32,000 nt of DNA from NCBI RefSeq assembly GCF_000016745.1, contig NC_009483.1:4380001-4412000 (forward strand), in the 5' to 3' direction. The translations under genes were made by a program, and so were the position numbers. Of the stretch, positions 25,750-32,000 are shown piece after piece; position 1 is the first letter of the stretch, and each line of letters begins with the position of its first letter. The DNA is from Geotalea uraniireducens Rf4. Its GTDB lineage: Bacteria; Desulfobacterota; Desulfuromonadia; Geobacterales; Geobacteraceae. The notes below the pieces were generated by a model that ran no database searches, was not told the DNA's origin, and saw nothing but the letters and a program-made list of their open reading frames with translations.

Positions 25750-26458
25750 CTAATTGAACAGGTTATATTTCAATATGCATTTTATTGCAGAAAGGCCGTC
25801 TTTCCACCCGATTTTTTTCCCTTCTTTGTAGGTCCTTCCTGAATAGGAAATGCCGACTTCGTATATTCTCACATCAAGTTTGGCCACCTTTGCGGTAAAC
25901 TCGGGCTCAAAGCCGAAACGTTTTTCTTCCAGCCTCAATTCGCGCAAAACATCCTTAATGAAAACCTTGTAGCATGATTCCATGTCCGTAAGATTTAAAT
26001 TGGTAAACATGTTTGACAAGAAGGTTAAGAACTTGTTTCCCATCATATGCCAAAAAAAACACCACTCGGTGGGGAGCCCCACCCACAAAACGTGAACCGT
26101 AAACTACATCAGCCTTATCATCAAAAATAGGCTGTAAAAGCTGAGAATAATCCCGTGGGTCATATTCCAGGTCAGCGTCTTGAATTATAATTATTTCGCC
26201 ATTGACCATGCTGAAACCGGTCTGAAGGGCGGCACCCTTGCCGAGATTTTTGTCATGAAAAATCAACTGCATGTTTTCCACGCTTAACTTCTTTAACAAA
26301 TCCCGTGTGCCGTCAGTGGAACAATCATCAACAATGATTATCTCCTTGTTAAAAGGAACCTCGGAGACTCTCTGAATAATCTCTAGAAGGGTATTGCATT
26401 CGTTATAAACCGGGATCACTATGGATATCTTAGTATTTTCATCATATCTTTTATACAT
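25750..26458 (-). pseudogene. Family-2 glycosyltransferase (polyprenol-phosphate sugar transferase-like) interrupted by a +1 frameshift in a T8 run
   Basis: Track ORFs 25955-26488 and 25750-26088 are the N- and C-terminal halves of one GT2. The first carries ISIVIPVYNE...VDDCSTDGT...QDADLEYDP. The second carries [29 protein letters not shown]. Both halves are collinear with the intact paralog at 27144-27860. The frames switch at A8/T8 (26052-26059). Confidence 0.8.
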
Positions 26459-26541
26459 ATTGAACCATCCAGACAATATTAAATACAATATAAGAAATAC
26501 CGCTGCACAAATGAAAGAATGTTCCTACGTACAAAATTGAT

Positions 26542-26928
26542 TCAAGTCATTATAGCCGCAATAATTGCGGTCCTTTTTTCAAACATCTCAAGTGCCAGCA
26601 TATAAACCGCAGGCACAAGCAATAAAAACATCATGTGTGAAACTATACCGGCAACAGACAATAAATCTTTGACATTGAAGAGATAAGAAATAACAGCTAT
26701 GAAAATAGATTGGAGAGGCAGAAACATGCTTGCCTGCCAGCCCAGTTCTTTTGTCTGCAACAGGTTTCTCGCGATCTGGAGATAAACTGTCCCGTCGGTA
26801 GAGAGTCCGGGTTGTTGAGAATAAAAGTAGAGGATGATAACAGACAAGATGATTGAAAAGAGTATTCCGTAATGTTCTCGAAAAAAATATTGAATACATT
26901 CAGTGGTATTTTGATTATTGGCCTTCAT
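26542..26928 (-). pseudogene. N-terminal fragment (128 aa) of an ArnT/PMT-type (GT39/GT83-like) membrane glycosyltransferase
   Basis: Only about 4 TM helices are present. The N-terminal loop pattern DGTVYLQIARNLLQ parallels [15 protein letters not shown] in the full-length 27897-29525 protein. The ORF stops after 128 aa, against more than 500 aa for the family. Confidence 0.4.
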
Positions 26929-27143
26929 ATAACCTTCTTTTATGAATTGGAATATTGGGAAAGGGATTTTTTTCTGAGACTGAAAAAAATTTCAGAAACT
27001 TCATTTTCCCCACCACACATATTGAAAATTAATCCGATGTATTCTTTTGAGATAACCGACCAGGCCGTTATTCCCTTCGGCTCCTGCCAGCGGAGCTTTT
27101 TCCCGCCGGGAGAAAGTTAGTGATGAGATTGCCCCGGATATCG

Positions 27144-27860
27144 TCAAAATTTTCTCCTGCTCCGACCGCCTGACCTGAAAAGATTATATTTGAGAATGCA
27201 GCGTAAAGCCGAAAACCCGTCCATCCAGCCAATCTTCTTTCCTTCTTCATATGTTCTGCCGTAATAGGATATGCCGACTTCGAAGATTCTGCATTTCGTC
27301 CTGGCCAATTTTGCGGTGATTTCGGGTTCAAAGCCGAACCTGTTTTCCTCTATCTCAATCGACTGGATAATCTCTCGCCGGAATGCTTTATAGCAGGTCT
27401 CCATATCCGTCAAGTTAAGGTTGGTGAAAGTATTGGAAAGCAGGGTCAGAATACCATTTCCCACCCTGTGCCAGAAATAGACCACCCGATGCGCGCCTTC
27501 ACCAATAAAACGGGAGCCGAAAACGACATCCGCCTTTCCATGCAGAATCGGATCGATTATCTTTGTGTACTCATTCGGATCATATTCCAAGTCTGCATCT
27601 TGAATTATAACGATATCGCCGGTTGCCGCCGCTATTCCGGTCCGGAGTGCAGCGCCTTTCCCCTGGTTAACAGCATGATAGAGGACTTTATCCACCAGCG
27701 ACGCAACACTGTTTCTCAGTACTTCTCTTGTGCCGTCAGTAGAACAGTCATCGACAACGATAATTTCCTTGTGAGGATAAGGAGAAGCTTTAACTGCCTC
27801 TACAATAGTCTTGATAGTGTCCAGTTCGTTATAACACGGAATAATAATTGATAATTGCAT
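27144..27860 (-). CDS. Family-2 glycosyltransferase (polyprenol-phosphate sugar transferase-like), intact
   Basis: 238 aa. It has [20 protein letters not shown] and QDADLEYDP (a DxD-type motif) plus the GT2 fold. Confidence 0.85.
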   Translation of the reverse strand: MQLSIIIPCYNELDTIKTIVEAVKASPYPHKEIIVVDDCSTDGTREVLRNSVASLVDKVLYHAVNQGKGAALRTGIAAATGDIVIIQDADLEYDPNEYTKIIDPILHGKADVVFGSRFIGEGAHRVVYFWHRVGNGILTLLSNTFTNLNLTDMETCYKAFRREIIQSIEIEENRFGFEPEITAKLARTKCRIFEVGISYYGRTYEEGKKIGWMDGFSALRCILKYNLFRSGGRSRRKF

Positions 27861-27896
27861 AAGATACCTTAATGGGGCTTGATTGGAGGGACAGTT

Positions 27897-29525
27897 CTAT
27901 TTCAGCAGGTAGCGATAGATAACGAACCCGCCAAGATCCGGAAAATAATTTCCGCTTAACACCTCTATCCCGTAAGCCGGGTTGACGGGCTTGCCTTCCA
28001 GCGGGCCGAGAAGTTCAATCAACTCCTGCCTCCGCGATAAGACTGAATTTGTATCGATCAACAGGAAGCGGGCTCCGTTTTTCCTGCCATAGTCAACAAC
28101 TTCTTTGACCCCTCCTTTGGGGAGAGTAATAACTGGACGATCAGCAAAATAGCCGACAAGCCCCCAACGGGTCATGATCACGTCGTTTTTTTGCGAATTA
28201 TTTTTTATGATTTCACCGGCGCCCTTGTAAATTTTTTCCGTTAACATTACCTGCCTTACCAATTCCGGTGACTGATAATTTGCGTCGGCCTGCTTATAGA
28301 ACCCAAAAGAAACATATGACACGACCAACAATAGCAAGACAGACAATCCGGCCTCATATACTGCGGATTTCATGACAGGCCTGAACTTTTCAACAACTCT
28401 CCAGACCCCTTTAGCTGCAGTTTCGAAAAACGCAATAAAGCAGACAAACATAACCGTGAAGATCGGATAGATGTAGGAATGAGTTTTGGGTATGGTTACT
28501 ATATAATTCGGCGAAGTTACAGCCAATAGTATTAACATATAGATAAAATTCTTTGCCCTTCTGCCCCAGAGAAGAATTACCATTCCCGCCCAGGACACGA
28601 GATGCATCCATATGGGAAAAGTAGAATAATATACCCGTGAGAAAGCCTTGATATTTGCCCATACTGCATCAATAAAGACAGGCACCGTCCCATAGTAATC
28701 TTTCCAGACTGATCCGCCAGTCCCGGTTTTTTTCAATTCTCCCTTGGCATTCAGCGTCAGTACGACATCCGCAGTTTTAACATGTGATTCCGTCAGGGGT
28801 GACAGTGCCCATTGGCCAATATGGTTATGCAGAGAAATCAGATAGGGACCAGCCAGAAGAAGAAACCCAAGCAGGAAAACTAATGGAGCAGCAACCTTTT
28901 TTCTATTGAAATTACCTTTTCCTATTAAAGGCAACAAGCACACCAGGAAGCCGCAAACAAAGCCGACAAATCCTTCCGGTCTTGCCAGGTAGGAAAGGGC
29001 AAATAATATTCCCGCTCCGCATAACCAGCCTTTACCATTCTTTTCCACTCCCTGGTGGAGAAGCACAATTCCCCACAAAAGGTAACAGAGATAACTCGAT
29101 TGGCTCAGGGGGGAAGTGGTAAAAATCAAGCTGAAGGAGAAAAATGCCCAGAGCAGACAGACTGCCAGGGCGGGGATACGGGAAAGGTAGATCCGTGCCA
29201 GGATAAAGAGGGGGAGTACTGTCAGTGCATCCATGAAAATCGAGGCAAGGCGCGCGGCATATTCCAGATCAACCGGCAGTAGGGCAAAAAGGGCAATGAC
29301 TAATGGATAGCCGGGGGGCCTGCCAGCGGTATCCAAAGGCTGCAGCTGGAAAATATTTTTTGCCACTACCATATATCCTACGGCGTCCTGCTCATGGATC
29401 ATCATCGGGTAGCGGTAGGTCACCAGGAAATGATATCTGAGGGCAAATGCCAGCATACAGGCAAAAATCGGCAAACAATATTCCCACTTCTTCAGCAGCA
29501 TACCGAACCTCACGTTTCTAATCAT
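27897..29525 (-). CDS. ArnT/PMT-family (GT39/GT83-like) polytopic membrane glycosyltransferase with a C-terminal periplasmic domain
   Basis: About 540 aa with at least 10 predicted TM helices and then a soluble ~150 aa C-terminal domain. The ATG at 29525 overlaps the upstream GT2 stop as ATGA. The ORF is also open to 29564. Confidence 0.7.
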   Translation of the reverse strand: MIRNVRFGMLLKKWEYCLPIFACMLAFALRYHFLVTYRYPMMIHEQDAVGYMVVAKNIFQLQPLDTAGRPPGYPLVIALFALLPVDLEYAARLASIFMDALTVLPLFILARIYLSRIPALAVCLLWAFFSFSLIFTTSPLSQSSYLCYLLWGIVLLHQGVEKNGKGWLCGAGILFALSYLARPEGFVGFVCGFLVCLLPLIGKGNFNRKKVAAPLVFLLGFLLLAGPYLISLHNHIGQWALSPLTESHVKTADVVLTLNAKGELKKTGTGGSVWKDYYGTVPVFIDAVWANIKAFSRVYYSTFPIWMHLVSWAGMVILLWGRRAKNFIYMLILLAVTSPNYIVTIPKTHSYIYPIFTVMFVCFIAFFETAAKGVWRVVEKFRPVMKSAVYEAGLSVLLLLVVSYVSFGFYKQADANYQSPELVRQVMLTEKIYKGAGEIIKNNSQKNDVIMTRWGLVGYFADRPVITLPKGGVKEVVDYGRKNGARFLLIDTNSVLSRRQELIELLGPLEGKPVNPAYGIEVLSGNYFPDLGGFVIYRYLLK

Positions 29526-30268
29526 TTTTCTTTTCCAAATATCCGGAAGCACATCAAACCCCACCGCTGGAGCCTGAATTGCACAGCAGTTTTAAGGACG
29601 CCGAGGCCATAGATGACGCTCCGCCGGAAATTGATGGAGGAGGCGTCTTCGAAATATTTGGTCGGACAGCTCACCTCCCCGATCCGGTAGCCGAACCAGA
29701 CAAGCTGGGCCAGCATCTGGTTGTCGAAGACGAAATCATCGGAGTTTCTGTCGAGCGGGAGTTGCTCCAGGATTTCCCGGGAAAAGGCACGATAGCCCGT
29801 GTGGTATTCAGACAGTTTGTGCCCCAGCATGAGATTCTCAAAAAAAGTCAGGAAGCGGTTGGCAACGTACTTGTAGAACGGCATCCCCCCCTTCAACGCG
29901 CCGACCCCCAGGATGCGGGAGGCGAGCACCGCGTCGAATTCGCTGTAGGCAATCATGGACACCATGGCGGTGATCAGCTTGGGGGTATACTGGTAGTCGG
30001 GGTGGAGCATGACCACGATGTCCGCGCCCAGGTCGAGGGCCGTTTTGTAGCAGGTCTTCTGGTTGCCGCCGTATCCCTTGTTCTCCTCATGAACGATGGT
30101 CCGAATCCCGAGACGCCGGGCCACCTAGGCCGTGTCGTCCCGACTGGCGTCATCAACCAGTATCACGTCATCGACAAACTCGAAGGGGATCTCCTTATAA
30201 GTAATTTCAAGTGTTTTTGCCGCGTTATAGGCCGGCAAAACAACTGCTATCCTCTTGTTGTTCAGCAT
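29522..30268 (-). pseudogene. Family-2 glycosyltransferase interrupted by a single in-frame TAG
   Basis: Track ORFs 30125-30322 (…RIAVVLPAYN…VDDASRDDTA) and 29522-30124 ([21 protein letters not shown]…) are in the same frame. They are separated only by the TAG at 30125-30127. Joined, they form a normal GT2. Confidence 0.75.
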
Positions 30269-30995
30269 CGTTTCCCCAACATATGTGTTGCATTTCCGAA
30301 CTGTATCCGCCATCTCCGGCATAGACGATGAGGGGCGGCAGTACCGATAAATCCCCCCTCCGCCCCTTGACCAACTCTACGAGAAACATTCCCGCCCCAG
30401 AGATGTCGTTGCCGTGCACCATACGAAGCCGCAACGGGGCGAGCTTCAGCAGAGCTGCCTCGGCAAAAAGCTCCACCAATCGGGACGGATGATAGATGAA
30501 GCAGATCCTCCCCCCCGGTTTGACCAGGTATTTCGCCGCCGTCAGGAAATCGGTGAGGCATGCGGTAGATTCGTGCCGTGCCTTGTCCCGTCCGGCCCTG
30601 GGGCTCACCCGACCGGTACCGGCTCTGCGGTAGGGGGGATTCGAAACGACCAGGTCAAAGGATGATACGGGAAACACCCCCTTCAAGGAGGTGATATCCG
30701 CGGCCAGAATGGAAATCCTGTCGCCGAGGCCGTTGATACTGACGTTGCGCAAGGCCAAATCCGCCAGCAATGCCTGGAATTCCACCCCGGTAACGGTGAC
30801 ATCCTCCGCCTCCCTGGCCAGGATCAGGGGGATGATGCCGCAGCCGCTCCCGAGGTCAATGGCCCGTTCGCCGGTCCTGATGGCGGCAAAGTCGCACAAA
30901 AGAAGCGGGTCGAGGGAGAATCGGTAGCCGTCCCGCGGCTGGCCAATGCTCAGCCGGTGTCTGCGCAACTCGTCGACGGTTTCTTCACCTTTCAC
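30225..30995 (-). CDS. N6-adenine-type SAM-dependent methyltransferase (TrmN6/YfiC-like)
   Basis: 256 aa. It has the SAM-binding motif IDLGSGCGIIPL and the catalytic NPPY motif (VVSNPPYR). The GTG start at 30995 lies inside a heptad array and overlaps the upstream TGA. Confidence 0.65.
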   Translation of the reverse strand: MKGEETVDELRRHRLSIGQPRDGYRFSLDPLLLCDFAAIRTGERAIDLGSGCGIIPLILAREAEDVTVTGVEFQALLADLALRNVSINGLGDRISILAADITSLKGVFPVSSFDLVVSNPPYRRAGTGRVSPRAGRDKARHESTACLTDFLTAAKYLVKPGGRICFIYHPSRLVELFAEAALLKLAPLRLRMVHGNDISGAGMFLVELVKGRRGDLSVLPPLIVYAGDGGYSSEMQHICWGNDAEQQEDSSCFAGL

Positions 30996-31009
30996 CTTTC
31001 ACCTTTCAC
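30984..31009. repeat. Heptanucleotide tandem repeat (TTCACCT)x3 plus a partial unit, which reads (GTGAAAG)n on the transcribed minus strand
   Basis: Direct reading. The upstream gene's TGA (30992-30994) and the methyltransferase GTG (30993-30995) are both inside the array. Confidence 0.9.
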
Positions 31010-32000
31010 GCGCTTTCGCCACAGGTAGAGTTCCCTCCCCACCACCATGGCAAAAAATGCAAACGACGCCAGGGTCAGGTACTTGCCGACCTTGAACGGC
31101 AGCGGGTCAAAACGCATCTCCACCGCGTGGCTACCCGCTGTCAGATATATCCCCCGCAGAACGTGGTCCACCGGATAAATATCGGCGTCCTTGCCGTCTA
31201 CGGTAGCCCGCCACCCCTTGTAAAACTTCTCACCCACAACGAGGATGGCATTCTGCGCCGGATTTGCCGTGAAACTGATTTTGTCTCCCTCGTAATGGGT
31301 GACCGCGACGCCACCAACCGCCACTGGCGGCTGCATGTTCGGGGCCGGCATCGGGATGGGCGCCGGCGATTCCACGAGTGCAATGGCGCGGGGGTCAAAG
31401 GAGGGGTTCTGCAAAATGGCCAGGCCCTGCTGACGATCACTTACGGGAAGCACCGACGGCACAAGCCAGGCCTTCGGCAGGACCCGTCTGTTTTCCACAA
31501 CAACCTCGGAACCATCGGGCGACGTGAACACCGGCACGTACTTGTCACCAAGCTGCGCCTTTTCCTGCTGGTACTGGTTCGCATCGTAGACGAGGTATTT
31601 GACGTTGAGCATATCGGGCAGTGCGGAATTGAAGCTGAAGATGTCGAGGATCTCCTGCCACCGCCTTTGCTGCACCGGCATGGAGGTGAACATGACCGGA
31701 ATGCCGTTGGTGGCATACTGGTTAGGGTCGGCGCTGAGCGGGAGGACCCGGTATTCCTTCGGCTGGCGCGAAAGATACTCGATGACCGGCGTTTTTATCC
31801 CCTTTGACTTCTGCGGCACATCGACAAGAAACATGAACTTGGCGTTGACCCTCCCCACATCTGCCAGATAGAGGAACAGAAGAAGAAAGGGAAGCGCCTT
31901 CAGCATGCGCCGGCTCCTGGCGGAAACAACGAATACGGCGGCGTAAACAGCGGCCACGACAGCTGCAATGCCGGTCTCGGAGACGATATTGTTCCACCGC
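30992..32000 (-). CDS. YfhO-like large membrane protein (putative glycosyl/glycopolymer transferase). The C-terminal part is present and the gene continues beyond the window end.
   Basis: The frame stays open from 31957 to the window edge (…RWNNIVSETGIAAVVAAVYAAVF…). The C-terminal region KFYKGWRATVDGKDADIYPVDHVLRGIYLTAGSHAVEMRFDPLPFKVG, followed by a final TM helix, is the pattern I associate with YfhO-family proteins. Confidence 0.5.
   Translation of the reverse strand, partial: RWNNIVSETGIAAVVAAVYAAVFVVSARSRRMLKALPFLLLFLYLADVGRVNAKFMFLVDVPQKSKGIKTPVIEYLSRQPKEYRVLPLSADPNQYATNGIPVMFTSMPVQQRRWQEILDIFSFNSALPDMLNVKYLVYDANQYQQEKAQLGDKYVPVFTSPDGSEVVVENRRVLPKAWLVPSVLPVSDRQQGLAILQNPSFDPRAIALVESPAPIPMPAPNMQPPVAVGGVAVTHYEGDKISFTANPAQNAILVVGEKFYKGWRATVDGKDADIYPVDHVLRGIYLTAGSHAVEMRFDPLPFKVGKYLTLASFAFFAMVVGRELYLWRKRVKGER

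Noticed and set aside
26872-27120. 82-aa plus-strand ORF in the spacer between the GT2 gene and the ArnT/PMT fragment.
   Set aside because: It has no SD and no recognisable domain. It overlaps the start of the minus-strand fragment in AT-rich, probably degenerating DNA.
30125-30127. In-frame TAG as a pyrrolysine codon. I also considered selenocysteine recoding in the ArsS-like gene at 12911-13867.
   Set aside because: No pyl genes or PYLIS-like context are visible, and the lineage is not known for Pyl. The ArsS-like ORF is uninterrupted, with Cys in the C-terminal motif and no in-frame TGA, so no recoding needs to be invoked.
1-32000. Search for tRNA, rRNA, transposase/integrase genes, toxin-antitoxin pairs or defence-system genes.
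   Set aside because: The intergenic gaps are short, at most ~390 nt, and none shows cloverleaf-like symmetry. No ORF has transposase, integrase, nuclease-ATPase or defence signatures that I can recognise. A covariance-model scan would be needed to exclude small RNAs formally.

Overview
This 32 kb window looks like a chromosomal segment from a Geobacter-like deltaproteobacterium (Desulfuromonadota). That guess rests on a multiheme c-type cytochrome, sigma-54 enhancer-binding regulators, GAF/GGDEF signalling proteins and the ffh-rpsP-KH-rimM-trmD-rplS-rnhB-yraN gene order. The taxon is inferred, not demonstrated.

Most of the window is densely packed housekeeping operons. I found no rRNA, tRNA, CRISPR array, transposase or integrase.

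Gene content, left to right:
- A sigma-54 two-component system translationally coupled to tlpA/ccdA, which act in cytochrome c maturation.
- ispB.
- A receiver-GAF regulator and a GAF-GGDEF diguanylate cyclase.
- An XRE/S24 repressor whose protease dyad appears to be lost.
- A triheme cytochrome plus small HTH protein operon.
- A disulfide oxidoreductase, TVP38/DedA and ArsS-like radical SAM trio.
- pgi and rsmI.
- A two-gene (split) glutamine-dependent NAD synthetase.
- The ribosomal/SRP operon.
- yedF plus a DUF3343 gene.
- A partly low-GC envelope glycosylation cluster. It holds three GT2 genes, two of them disrupted by a T8-tract frameshift and an in-frame TAG. It also holds one intact and one truncated ArnT/PMT-like transferase and a YfhO-like protein.

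The most unusual signal is not a gene. Seven separate tandem-repeat arrays all have a 7-nt period but each has a different unit. Every one sits at or just after a stop codon at an intra-operon gene junction. In two of them the repeat unit itself supplies the upstream TGA stop, the downstream GTG start and the Shine-Dalgarno sequence.
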